From NCBI GenBank assembly GCA_036374995.1, contig DASUSS010000077.1, positions 2,352 through 66,351 on the forward strand: a DNA stretch of 64,000 nt. The letters are read 5' to 3'. A program made the translations under genes and the position numbers. Origin of the DNA: Longimicrobiales bacterium (GTDB taxonomy: Bacteria; Gemmatimonadota; Gemmatimonadetes; Longimicrobiales; RSA9). The notes beneath the pieces are model-generated. The model ran no database searches, was not told where the DNA came from, and saw nothing but the letters and a program-made list of their open reading frames with translations. Positions 26,575 to 36,452 of this stretch are shown one piece after another. The stretch's first letter is position 1. Every line of letters starts with the position of its first letter.

Positions 26575-27642
26575 GTGGAATCATCCGGTACTGCGGCCGC
26601 CGCAGCGCCGTCGGACCTGAGCCGGCAGGAGCTGTCGGATCTGTACCATTCCCTGCGCCTGACGCGCGAAGTGGAGCAGGTTCTCACGAATCTGTACCGC
26701 CAGAACAAGGTCATCGGCGGGCTGTACCGCTCCCTGGGTCAGGAGGGCGTCGCGGTGGGCAGTGCGTACGCGCTCCGGCGCCGCAGCGATGGCACCGGCG
26801 ATGTCATCGCGCCGGCGATCCGCAATCTCGGCTCGCTGCTGGTGCTGGGAGCACGCCCCGTCGACGTGCTGCGGCAGTACATGGCGAAGGGCGATTCACC
26901 GACCCGGGGCCGCGAGCAGAACGTCCACTTCACGGATTACGACCGCGGCTTCATCGGGCTGATCTCGCATCTCGGCATCATGATCGAGATCATGGCCGGC
27001 GTTGCACTCACGTTCCGGCTCCGGGGTGAGGATCGGGTCGCGCTGACGTGGACCGGCGACGGCGCGGCATCGACCGGCGCATTTCACGAGGGATTCAACG
27101 TCGCGGCCGTGCAGCGCGCGCCTCTCGTCGTCATCATCGAGAACAATCGCTACGCGTACTCGACGCCCGTTTCGAAGCAGACGGCCGCGTCGTCGTTCGT
27201 TGCACGCGCGGCCGGCTACGGCGTGTACGGTGACAGCTGCGATGGCAATGATGTGTTCGCGGTACTCGACATGACGCGGCGTGCGGTCGAGCACGCGCGG
27301 GCGGGTCGGGGTGCGGCGCTGCTGGAGGTGCACACGTACCGCCGGCTGGGGCATGCGGAGCACGATGCGCAGCAGTACGTCCCGGCGGGCGAGATCGAGG
27401 AGTGGGAGGCGCGCGACCCGATCGACCGGTTCGTGCGTCGCGTGCTGGACGACGGTCTCCTGACGCGGGCCGATCTGGATGCGCTGGACCGTCGCGTCGC
27501 GGCCGAAGTCGACGAGGCGCGCGAGGCGGCGGAAGCGTCGCCGCTGCCGCAGGCCGAGGAGGCGCTGGCCGAAGTGTACGGCGGCAGCGTGGCGCGCAGG
27601 CCGTGGACGCGCCTCGATACGCCCGATCCCCATCATGCGTGA
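26575..27642 (+). CDS. 2-oxoacid dehydrogenase E1 component alpha subunit (PDH/BCKDH type, TPP-binding)
   Basis: TPP motif GDGAASTGAFHEGFNVAA...VIIENNRYAYST and HTYRRLGH. Start uncertain: GTG at 26575 (preceded by GAGGGA) preferred over the track start at 26467. Confidence 0.85.
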   Translation: MESSGTAAAAAPSDLSRQELSDLYHSLRLTREVEQVLTNLYRQNKVIGGLYRSLGQEGVAVGSAYALRRRSDGTGDVIAPAIRNLGSLLVLGARPVDVLRQYMAKGDSPTRGREQNVHFTDYDRGFIGLISHLGIMIEIMAGVALTFRLRGEDRVALTWTGDGAASTGAFHEGFNVAAVQRAPLVVIIENNRYAYSTPVSKQTAASSFVARAAGYGVYGDSCDGNDVFAVLDMTRRAVEHARAGRGAALLEVHTYRRLGHAEHDAQQYVPAGEIEEWEARDPIDRFVRRVLDDGLLTRADLDALDRRVAAEVDEAREAAEASPLPQAEEALAEVYGGSVARRPWTRLDTPDPHHA

Positions 27643-27652
27643 CCCTGACGTC

Positions 27653-27684
27653 GAGTGTGAGCTTGAGTGTGAGTGTGAGTGAGG
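27653..27684. repeat. hexamer tandem repeat GAGTGT-GAGCTT-GAGTGT-GAGTGT-GAGTGAGG in the E1alpha/E1beta spacer
   Basis: Read directly. Preceded by TGACGTC at 27646-27652. Confidence 0.6.
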
Positions 27685-27695
27685 CGCAGACGCGG

Positions 27696-28712
27696 ATGAA
27701 GCCGGAGCACGTGCGCAGTACGGAGCTCGGCAGGCCGGTCACGATGCTCGAGGCGATCCGCGAGGCGCTCTGGGAGGAAATGGAGCGCGATCCGGCGGTG
27801 TTCCTGATCGGCGAGGACATTGGCGTGTACGGCGGCGCGTTCAAGGTAACGGACGGATTCATCGACCATTTCGGCACGGAGCGTGTGATCGACACGCCGA
27901 TCAGCGAGGCCGGCTTCACCGGCGCCGCGGCCGGTGCGGCGCACATGGGGATGCGGCCCGTCGTCGAGATGCAGTTCATGGATTTCGTGTCGTGCGCCTA
28001 CGAGCCGCTGACGAACTACATCGCGACGTCGCGCTGGCGCGGCAGCGGACCGGTGCCGATGGTGGTGCGCGGTCCGGTCGGCGGTGGTGTGCGAGGCGGG
28101 CCGTTCCACTCGCAGAACCCGGAGATGGCCTTCTTCCATACGCCGGGGCTCAAGATCGTGTATCCGTCTACGGCGCGGGACGCGAAGGGACTGCTGAAGT
28201 CGGCGATCCGCGATGATGATCCGGTGCTGTTCTTCGAGCACAAGAAGCTGTACCGCGCACCGTTCCTGCGTGAAGTGCTGGAGCCCGGTGCGGAGCCCAT
28301 CCCGCTCGGCCGGGCCCGGGTCCATCGCGAGGGCGCCGACCTCACGATCGTGACGTACGGCATGATGGTGCACGAGAGCGGGAAGGCGGCAGATCAGCTG
28401 AGCGACGAGCTCGACCTGGCCGTCGAGATCCTGGACCTGCGGACGCTGCTCCCGCTCGATGAGGACGCGATCATCGCATCGGTGAAGAAGACGAATCGTG
28501 CGCTCATCGTGCACGAGGACACGCGCACGGGCGGTATCGCGGGCGAGATCGCATTGCGCATCAGCGAGAAGGCGTTCGAGTGGCTCGATGCGCCAATCCT
28601 GCGGGTGACGGCGATCGATACACCGGTGCCGTACTCGCCGCCGCTCGAGGACTATTACCTGCCGCAGGTCGCCGACATCGTGACCGCGGCGAAGTACCTG
28701 GCGAAATACTGA
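27696..28712 (+). CDS. 2-oxoacid dehydrogenase E1 component beta subunit
   Basis: MLEAIREALWEEMERDPAVFLIGEDIG..., DTPISEAGFTG, transketolase-like C-domain. Start at the in-frame ATG at 27696. Confidence 0.9.
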   Translation: MKPEHVRSTELGRPVTMLEAIREALWEEMERDPAVFLIGEDIGVYGGAFKVTDGFIDHFGTERVIDTPISEAGFTGAAAGAAHMGMRPVVEMQFMDFVSCAYEPLTNYIATSRWRGSGPVPMVVRGPVGGGVRGGPFHSQNPEMAFFHTPGLKIVYPSTARDAKGLLKSAIRDDDPVLFFEHKKLYRAPFLREVLEPGAEPIPLGRARVHREGADLTIVTYGMMVHESGKAADQLSDELDLAVEILDLRTLLPLDEDAIIASVKKTNRALIVHEDTRTGGIAGEIALRISEKAFEWLDAPILRVTAIDTPVPYSPPLEDYYLPQVADIVTAAKYLAKY

Positions 28713-30096
28713 CGGCTGTCGCCGCGCGCGCGCCCTGCGCCGCGGCCACGGCGTTCTCTCACTCCGTTGGAGTCAGGAATGGCGCGAATCGAAGTTCCGA
28801 TGCCTCAGATGGGCGAGTCGATCGCCGAGGGCACCGTCTCGAAATGGCTGAAGCAGGTCGGCGACGAGATCGGGCGGGATGAGCCGCTGCTGGAGATCTC
28901 GACGGACAAGGTCGACGCCGAGATCCCGTCGCCCGCGGCGGGCACGCTCGCCGAGATCGTCGTGCAGGAGGGCCAGACGGTCGAGGTCGGGACGGTCGTG
29001 GCGATTCTCGAGACGGAGAAGGGCGCCGCCGCGGCAAAGCCGGCCACCGCTCCGGCCGCGCCGGCCGCAGCGGAGCCGGCTCCGGCGGCGAAGGCGGAAG
29101 CCGCAACGGCGACGAACGCGAGGCCGTCGGCTCCCGCCGCCGCGCCCGGTGATGGTCGCGATGAGACCGCGGAGGAGCGTCTGCGCCGGAGGTCGACGCC
29201 GCTCGTGCGTCGCATCGCCGCCGAGCACGATGTCGACATTGCGGACATCGAGGGAACGGGTCACGCCGGCCGCGTGACGAAGCAGGACATCATGGCGTTC
29301 ATCGAGAAGGGCGGTAAGGCGGCGCAGCCCGCGGCGGCCGCGCAGGCGGCGAAGGTGCCGCAGCGAGCGGCGGCCGCAGCGGGCGGGCCGTCGGTCACGG
29401 CGGACTCGTTCTGGGACACGTTCTACGGTCAGGTCCGGCATCCGGAGTTCCCGGTCCGCGACAACGATGATGTCGAACCGATGGACCGCATCCGCCGGCT
29501 CACGGCGGATCACATGGTGCGCGCGAAGCGCATCGCACCGCACGTGCACTCGTTCATCGAGCTCGATTTCACCGCGATCGATCGCGTGCGCGCCGCATCG
29601 AAGAAGAAGTGGGAGCAGGCCGGTGTGAAGGTGAGCTACACCGCATTCGTCGCGTGGGCGGTCGCGCGCGTGCTGCCGGAGTTCCCGATGGTGAACTCGA
29701 CCGTCTCCGGCGACAACGTCATCTACCGCGGCGACATCAACATCGGCATTGCCGTGGACCTCAATCCGGGACTGATCGTTCCCGTCGTGAAGAACGCGGA
29801 TGAGCTGAACCTCGTCGGTGTCAGCAAGCGCATCACGGACCTCGCGGAGCGTGCGCGCGGGAAGAAGCTGAAGCCGGATGAGATCCAGGGCGCGACGTTC
29901 TCGATCACGAACCCGGGCGTGCTCGGAACCATGGTCGGGATGCCGGTCATCCCGGAGGGCACGTCGGCGATCCTCGGCACGGGTGCGATCGAGAAACGGC
30001 CCGTCGTCATCGAGGCGGATGGCTCGGATGTGATCGCGATCCGCAAGCGCTCGCTCTTCTCGCTCGGCTATGACCACCGCATTGTGGATGGTGCCG

Positions 30097-30840
<744 letters not shown>

Positions 30841-30882
30841 CGGGATTCCACCGCAGAGCACGGCCGGGGCGCCCGCCGAACC

Positions 30883-31479
30883 CTAGCCCGGTGGCCGCCG
30901 CCCCGCACGGAACTCCGCATCCGCCGGCGGCACCATCTCGAGGAAGTCCATGTAGCGCTGCCGCTTCTCCCGCTCGTGGCCCAGCCATTCGACGAAGCGC
31001 GAGGGCACCAGACCGCCGGAGGCCGACTGCTCCTTCGCCGCGCGGATCGCGAGGTGATTGACGTACTCGTTCTGCGGATGACCGGCGTGGCCGCGGACCC
31101 AGCGCCAGTCGATCTCGTGCTTCGCCGCGGCGCGGGCGAGGCCTCGCCACAGCTCGACGTTCTCGATCGCGCCGCTCTTCCGCGTCCAGCCGCGCGCGGC
31201 CCAGCCGTGGATCCACTCGCGCATGCCGGTCACGAGGTACTGCGAGTCGGAGGTGAAGATGATGCGGCAGGGACGCTTCAGCGCGGCGAGCAGGTCGCGT
31301 GCACCGCGCAGCGCCATCCGGTTGTTGGTGGTGCCGGGCTCGGAAGCCCAGTAGTCGCGGCGCACGCAGGCGTCGTCGCGCCACAGCTCGACCAGGCCGC
31401 CGGCGCCGCCGGGCGAGTCGCGGTCGGTGAACTGATTCCCGAGGCAGGACTCGTCCGCATGGATGTAGACCAGCTCCAT
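30883..31479 (-). CDS. rnhA: ribonuclease HI with about 50-aa C-terminal extension
   Basis: TNNRMALRGA, SDSQYLV, WVRGHAGHPQNEYVNHLA motifs. Confidence 0.88.
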   Translation of the reverse strand: MELVYIHADESCLGNQFTDRDSPGGAGGLVELWRDDACVRRDYWASEPGTTNNRMALRGARDLLAALKRPCRIIFTSDSQYLVTGMREWIHGWAARGWTRKSGAIENVELWRGLARAAAKHEIDWRWVRGHAGHPQNEYVNHLAIRAAKEQSASGGLVPSRFVEWLGHEREKRQRYMDFLEMVPPADAEFRAGRRPPG

Positions 31480-31522
31480 GGCGGGCCAAGGTCGCCGCGG
31501 AGCAGCGGGCGCGCAAGCTCGC

Positions 31523-31551
31523 TTGCCGCTCGGGACGTCGCCCTCTAAATT
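31523..31551 (+). promoter_or_regulatory. candidate promoter: TTGCCG, 17-bp spacer, TAAATT
   Basis: Hexamers at 31523-31528 and 31546-31551, upstream of carA. Confidence 0.35.
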
Positions 31552-31588
31552 CGCGCCCGTCTGTCAATTGCACAGCTCGCGAGGCCGC

Positions 31589-32707
31589 GTGTCGGAACCC
31601 GGATACCTGCTGCTCGAGGACGGTCGGAGCTTTGCCGGCGAGATGATCGGTGCGCCCGGCGAGACGCTGGGAGAGGCGGTGTTCAACACCTCGATGACCG
31701 GGTATCAGGAGGTGCTCACCGATCCGTCCTATGCCGGGCAGATCGTCGCCATGACCTACCCGCTCATCGGCAACTACGGCGTGACGCCGGAGGATGCGGA
31801 GTCGGTCGGCATCCAGGTGGCGGGCTTCATCGTGCGCGAGGCCTCGCGGACGTTCAGCAACTGGCGCGCGCAGGGGTCGCTCCAGTCCTACCTCAGTCGG
31901 GCCGGCATCGTCGCGCTGCAGGGAGTCGACACGCGCGCGCTGACGCGCCACCTGCGCAGTGCGGGCGCCATGCGCGCGGGGATGGCAGCGGCGAGCGTCG
32001 ATCCGGACACGCTCATGGCGCGCATCCAGGCACACCCCCGCATGGAGGGGCTCGATCTCACCTGCGGTGTCTCGACCGAGAGCAGCTACGAGGTGGAGGC
32101 GATCGCCGAGCAGCGGTTCCGCGTGCTGGCCTACGACTTCGGCATCAAGCGGCACTCGCTCAAGCTCCTCGCGGAGCGCGGCTGCGCGATCACGACGCTG
32201 CCCGCGGCCACCACGGCGGCCGAGATCCTCGAGCACGACCTCGACGGCTTCTTCGTCTCGAACGGTCCGGGTGATCCCGAGGCCGTCGCTCACGCGCTCG
32301 AGGCGATCCGCGCACTGGCCGAGCGGAACGTGCCCGTCTTCGGCATCTGTCTCGGCCACCAGCTCATCGCCCGCGCCTTCGGCGGCACCACGTTCAAGCT
32401 GCTCTACGGCCACCGCGCGGGGAACCACCCCGTCCGCCGCATGAGCGACGGCGCGGTGGAGATCACGGCCCAGAATCACGGCTTTGCCGTTCGTCGCGGC
32501 GCCACGCCCGATTCGGTCGACGGCGCACCCGCGCTGCGGGTGACGCACGTGAACCTGAACGACCAGACGATGGAGGGCCTGGAGCACCGGGATCTCCCCG
32601 TGTTCAGCGTGCAGTACCACCCGGAGGCGGCGCCCGGTCCCCACGATTCGCGCTATCTCTTTGACCGGTTTGCCGATGCAATGGCGGCCGGACGTCGAAA
32701 TCCTTGA
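31589..32707 (+). CDS. carA: carbamoyl-phosphate synthase small (glutamine amidotransferase) subunit
   Basis: LLLEDGRSFAGE..., FNTSMTGYQEVLTDPSY, GICLGHQ, HGFAV. GTG start at 31589. Confidence 0.9.
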   Translation: MSEPGYLLLEDGRSFAGEMIGAPGETLGEAVFNTSMTGYQEVLTDPSYAGQIVAMTYPLIGNYGVTPEDAESVGIQVAGFIVREASRTFSNWRAQGSLQSYLSRAGIVALQGVDTRALTRHLRSAGAMRAGMAAASVDPDTLMARIQAHPRMEGLDLTCGVSTESSYEVEAIAEQRFRVLAYDFGIKRHSLKLLAERGCAITTLPAATTAAEILEHDLDGFFVSNGPGDPEAVAHALEAIRALAERNVPVFGICLGHQLIARAFGGTTFKLLYGHRAGNHPVRRMSDGAVEITAQNHGFAVRRGATPDSVDGAPALRVTHVNLNDQTMEGLEHRDLPVFSVQYHPEAAPGPHDSRYLFDRFADAMAAGRRNP

Positions 32708-32732
32708 CTTTCGGGACGGTCGCATCTAAGCT
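32704..32732 (+). promoter_or_regulatory. candidate promoter: TTGACT, 17-bp spacer, TAAGCT
   Basis: The -35 at 32704-32709 overlaps the carA stop codon. The -10 lies at 32727-32732. Upstream of sppA. Confidence 0.35.
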
Positions 32733-32780
32733 AGGTGCCCGTACCTTAACGACATACAGGCTTTTCGCGGCGGTTATTGC

Positions 32781-33683
32781 GTGTCCCGGCGGTCGGTCGT
32801 CACAACCCTCGCCGTAACGGTCATCGCGTTCATGACGCTCGCGGGCGTCGTGCTCGCCGTCCTGTTCGCTGCGCGCGGCGGCACCGGCCTCTCGCTGGGC
32901 GGACGGATCGCAGTACTCGACATAGAGGGCGTGATTGATGACGATCAGCGGTTTCTCGAAGACCTGCGGCGGTTCCGCGAGGATGCCTCGGTCCGGGGCT
33001 ACGTCGTCAACATCAACTCGCCCGGCGGTGTGGTCGCGCCGTCGCAGAGCATCTACGAGGAGTTGCGGCGGATCCGCGACGAGGATGATCTGCCCGTCGT
33101 CGCGTCGATCGGTGGCATCGGTGCCTCCGGTGGCTATTACATCGCGCTCGCTGCGGACTCGATCTTCGCGCTGCCCGGGTCCATTACGGGATCGATCGGC
33201 GTGATCATGGAGATTCCGGACGCGAGTGAGCTGATGGCGAAGGTGGGCGTTCGTGTCCAGACCGTGATGAGCGCGGAGCACAAGGATGTCGGCTCGCCGT
33301 TCCGGCCGCTGGCCGAGGGCGATCGGGCGATTCTCGATTCGCTCGTGCTCGATGTGTACGGCCAGTTCGTGGACGTCGTGATGACGGAGCGCGGGCTCGA
33401 TCGGGCGGCCATGGACCAGGTCGCGGACGGCCGCATTCTCTCCGGACGACAGGCGCTCGGCGAGCGGCTGGTCGACAGGCTGGGAAACCGTCGCGATGCG
33501 CTTGCAGCGGCCGGCCGCATGGCGGGGCTGGGCGACGAGCCGCGGATCGTGCGGCCGCCCGAGGATCGTGTGACGATCTGGGACGTGATCTTCGGCCGCA
33601 GCTCGGCCCGGGCGCTGGCGCAGGTGGTCAGGCCGCTGGACCCGGATCCGGGGCCGCGCGTCAAGTTCGTAGTGCCGTGGTGA
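32781..33683 (+). CDS. sppA: signal peptide peptidase SppA (36K type)
   Basis: N-terminal TM, NINSPGGVV, ASGGYYIA, GSIGV motifs. GTG start. Confidence 0.88.
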   Translation: MSRRSVVTTLAVTVIAFMTLAGVVLAVLFAARGGTGLSLGGRIAVLDIEGVIDDDQRFLEDLRRFREDASVRGYVVNINSPGGVVAPSQSIYEELRRIRDEDDLPVVASIGGIGASGGYYIALAADSIFALPGSITGSIGVIMEIPDASELMAKVGVRVQTVMSAEHKDVGSPFRPLAEGDRAILDSLVLDVYGQFVDVVMTERGLDRAAMDQVADGRILSGRQALGERLVDRLGNRRDALAAAGRMAGLGDEPRIVRPPEDRVTIWDVIFGRSSARALAQVVRPLDPDPGPRVKFVVPW

Positions 33684-33772
33684 TCCGAACGCCTGGAGCG
33701 CCGGACCAGGCATCATTCAGCGGAAGTCCGGGAGTACCCCGGTCCGCATTTACCCAAGGTTAGGGAGGAACC

Positions 33773-34075
33773 ATGACCAAAGCCGACCTCGTCGAGCAGG
33801 TGGCTGAGGCGATCGGCCCGGGCATTACCAAGAAGGACTGCGCCCTGGTCGTGGACGGGCTGCTGAACGCGATCAAGAACGCGATGGCCGATCACGAGCA
33901 CATCGAGATCCGGGGCTTCGGCACGTTCAAGGTGCGTAAGCGTCGTTCGCGCATGGCCCGCAACCCGCGCACGGGGGACCCGGTCGAGGTGCCCGCCCGT
34001 GCCGTCCCGATCTTCAAGCCATCGAAGGACCTGCGCGTTCAGGTTTCCGACGGGACCCACGTTCCCGCGCTCTGA
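33773..34075 (+). CDS. HU/IHF family DNA-binding protein (IHF-like)
   Basis: MTKADLVEQVAE..., RGFGTFKVRKRRSRMARNPRTGDPVEVPAR. RBS AGGGAGG. Confidence 0.88.
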   Translation: MTKADLVEQVAEAIGPGITKKDCALVVDGLLNAIKNAMADHEHIEIRGFGTFKVRKRRSRMARNPRTGDPVEVPARAVPIFKPSKDLRVQVSDGTHVPAL

Positions 34076-34098
34076 GTTGATCCCACAGCCTCGGCGCG

Positions 34099-34122
34099 CC
34101 CCATCCGGGAGACCGGATGGGG
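34099..34122 (+). terminator. hairpin after the IHF-like gene (possible terminator, no clear T-tract)
   Basis: CCCCATCCGG, loop GAGA, CCGGATGGGG (10 bp perfect). Followed by TCCTGCCGATTT. Confidence 0.35.
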
Positions 34123-34737
34123 TCCTGCCGATTTAACGCTTTGTCCGGACACGGCATCGATACATCCGTACTCCGGCCGGTCGCCGCACAGCCCCCCACG
34201 CCGCAGGCGCGTGAGGAGGCGACGGTACTGGAGCGGGCGCGGGCCGGTGAGGCCGAGGCGCGCGACGAGCTGGTTCGTCGCTACCTCCCCGACGTGTACC
34301 GCACGGCGGCGCGCGTGCTCGGCGATCGCGACCTCGCGGAGGATGCCGCGCAGGACGCGATGGTGAATGCGCTGGCCGGGCTCGCGCGATTCCGTGGAGA
34401 CTCCACGTTCCGCACCTGGTTGCTGCGGATCGCGATCAATGCGGCGCGGACGGTGGGCCGTCGCAACGGGCGCCGCCGCGAAGTAGCGCTCTCGCTGGTC
34501 GAGAACCAGCCCGCGCGTCAGCCGGACCCGGCCCGTCAGGCGGAGCGGGCGAGCGATGCGGAGCTTCTGGATCGCGCGCTCTCCGAGCTGCCGACCAAGC
34601 AGCGGCTGGCGGTGGCACTGCGCGTACAGCAGGGCCTGAGCTATGGAGAGATCGCGGGCGCTCTGCAGTGCTCGGAAGGTGCGGCGCGCGTGAACTACCA
34701 CCTCGGAGTGAAACGGCTGAGGGAGCTCTTGCGATGA
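34117..34737 (+). CDS. RNA polymerase ECF-type sigma-70 factor
   Basis: Region 2 (LVRRYLPDVYRTAARVLGDRDLAEDAAQDAMVNA...FRTWLLRIAIN) and region 4 (LPTKQRLAVALRVQQGLSYGEIAGAL). Start uncertain: the ATG at 34117 lies inside the upstream hairpin, and the TTG at 34141 is an alternative. Confidence 0.85.
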   Translation: MGSCRFNALSGHGIDTSVLRPVAAQPPTPQAREEATVLERARAGEAEARDELVRRYLPDVYRTAARVLGDRDLAEDAAQDAMVNALAGLARFRGDSTFRTWLLRIAINAARTVGRRNGRRREVALSLVENQPARQPDPARQAERASDAELLDRALSELPTKQRLAVALRVQQGLSYGEIAGALQCSEGAARVNYHLGVKRLRELLR

Positions 34738-35177
34738 ATCGCTACGACTGCGAGACGATCCGGGATCTGCTGCCTTCGCTCATCCGCGGAGAGATGCTGC
34801 CACACGAGGCGGTCCGCATCGAGCGGCATCTGGCGGACTGCCCGGCGTGCACGGCCGAGGCGGAGGTCGTGCGCGTGCTCCAGGCGACGCTGGCACCCGT
34901 GCCCGCGGGGCTGGAGACGCGAGTCCTCCAGGCCGTCCGCCACCGGTCCACCCGCCGCCCCACTCCCGCCCGCCTCGCGCTCGCGGCGACCGTGGCGGCG
35001 GCAGTGCTCGGTGGTGCTCTCGTGCTCAACGCGCCCGACGGTGACGGGGCCGCGCAGACGGACGTGGAGGCCGTCGGCTGGGCAGCGGCAGACGATCCGC
35101 TGCTCCACGGCAGTTCCGCTCTCCAGGATCTCACGGTCGACGAGCTGGAGCATCTGCTCGAGGAGCTGGAGCGGTGA
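34734..35177 (+). CDS. anti-sigma factor (zf-HC2, single TM)
   Basis: HLADCPACTAE zinc-finger motif, TM LALAATVAAAVLGGALVL. ATGA overlap with the sigma gene. Confidence 0.8.
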   Translation: MNRYDCETIRDLLPSLIRGEMLPHEAVRIERHLADCPACTAEAEVVRVLQATLAPVPAGLETRVLQAVRHRSTRRPTPARLALAATVAAAVLGGALVLNAPDGDGAAQTDVEAVGWAAADDPLLHGSSALQDLTVDELEHLLEELER

Positions 35178-35740
35178 GACGGGCACTGATCGCACTGATG
35201 GCCGCCGCCTGCATCGTGCCCGCGGCGGCGCACGCCCAGCAGACCGGGTCGGAGCAGGAGCGGCGGGCGCGGGAGCAGGCCCGCAGGGACTCGCTCGAGA
35301 CGGAGATCGTGCACCGTTTCGTGCGTCGGCTGTCGCGCGACCTCGAGCTGAGCGACCAGCAGCGATCGCAGATCGAAGATGTCCTGCGCGAGAGCGGCAG
35401 GAACCGGCGCGAGCTGTCACGGGCATCCGGCGCGCTGCGAGGACAGATCTACCGCGCAACCAGGAACAGCTCCACACCCGATGCCGACTTCACGCGGCTG
35501 CTGAGCGAGTACGAGACGCTGCGCGGCCGGGAGCATGACCTGTGGCGCCGCGAGCAGCAGCAGCTCTCTGCCGTCCTCTCGCCGCGGCAGCGCGCCCAGT
35601 TCTTCATGGCATGGGCCCGCTTCCAGGACGAGATGCGCGAGATTATCGCCCGCCGGATGCGGGATCAGGACGGCTCGCGGGACCGGCGGCAGCGACGCGA
35701 CTCCACGGAACGCCCGACCGGCACGCCGCCGCCCGCTTGA
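35174..35740 (+). CDS. periplasmic Spy/CpxP-like protein with LTXXQ-like motifs
   Basis: Signal peptide MRRALIALMAAACIVPAAAHA. Motifs LSDQQ and LSPRQ in a charged helical protein. GTGA overlap with the anti-sigma gene. Confidence 0.65.
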   Translation: MRRALIALMAAACIVPAAAHAQQTGSEQERRAREQARRDSLETEIVHRFVRRLSRDLELSDQQRSQIEDVLRESGRNRRELSRASGALRGQIYRATRNSSTPDADFTRLLSEYETLRGREHDLWRREQQQLSAVLSPRQRAQFFMAWARFQDEMREIIARRMRDQDGSRDRRQRRDSTERPTGTPPPA

Positions 35741-35771
35741 TGCGGTTCCGCACCGGGGCTAGCTTCGCCTC

Positions 35772-36017
35772 ATGCGGATCCGCCTCCTCCTCTTTGCGCT
35801 CTACCGTGATATCACCGGTGTCGACGAACTCGACATCGAGGTCCGGGACGGCAGCAGCGCAGCCGCAGCGCTCGATGATCTGCGCGCCGGCGATGTCCGT
35901 TTCCGCGCCATCCCGGAGCGTCCCGTCGTTGCCGTGAACCGTGAATACGCCACGCTCGACGTGCCGCTCCGCGATGGCGACGAGCTGGCGCTGCTTCCAC
36001 CGGTTGCGGGAGGCTGA
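35772..36017 (+). CDS. moaD: molybdopterin synthase sulfur carrier subunit (MoaD/ThiS fold)
   Basis: 81 aa ending ...LLPPVAGG. Directly upstream of moaE. Confidence 0.85.
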   Translation: MRIRLLLFALYRDITGVDELDIEVRDGSSAAAALDDLRAGDVRFRAIPERPVVAVNREYATLDVPLRDGDELALLPPVAGG

Positions 36018-36020
36018 GCG

Positions 36021-36452
36021 ATGAAGGCCTGGATCACCCGCGATGCCATCGACCCGCAGGCGGTGCTCGCGCGCGTCGGCACGGCCGCCGATGGCGCCCT
36101 GATCCTCTTCCTCGGGACCGTCCGCGATCAGAACGAGGGCAGGGCCGTGCACGGCATGCACTACGATGCCTACGCCGACATGGCCGAAACGGTGCTGCGC
36201 GAGATCGCTGCCGAGGCGGCGCAGCGCGCGGGGAGCGACAGGATCGCCGTCGCCCATCGCATCGGCACACTCGCCATCGGCGAGGTGAGTGTCGCGATCG
36301 CGGTGAGCACGCCGCATCGCGCGGAGTCGTTCGACGCCGCGCGCTACATCATCGAGCAGATCAAGCAGCGACTTCCCGTCTGGAAGCAGGAGCACTACAC
36401 GGCCGGCGACTCGCGCTGGCTGGCGGGCAGTGTGCCTCCGCGGAGCGGCTGA
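36021..36452 (+). CDS. moaE: molybdopterin synthase catalytic subunit
   Basis: GALILFLGTVRD...HGMHYDAYADMAE...PVWKQEHY typical MoaE. Confidence 0.88.
   Translation: MKAWITRDAIDPQAVLARVGTAADGALILFLGTVRDQNEGRAVHGMHYDAYADMAETVLREIAAEAAQRAGSDRIAVAHRIGTLAIGEVSVAIAVSTPHRAESFDAARYIIEQIKQRLPVWKQEHYTAGDSRWLAGSVPPRSG

Noticed and set aside
27653-27684. Possible CRISPR array or other spaced-repeat locus (the GAGTGT array, and the octamer arrays at 15800-15831, 16250-16281 and 41181-41235).
   Set aside because: The units are 6-8 nt and directly tandem with no unique spacers. No cas genes are present. These are simple tandem or inverted repeats, not CRISPR.
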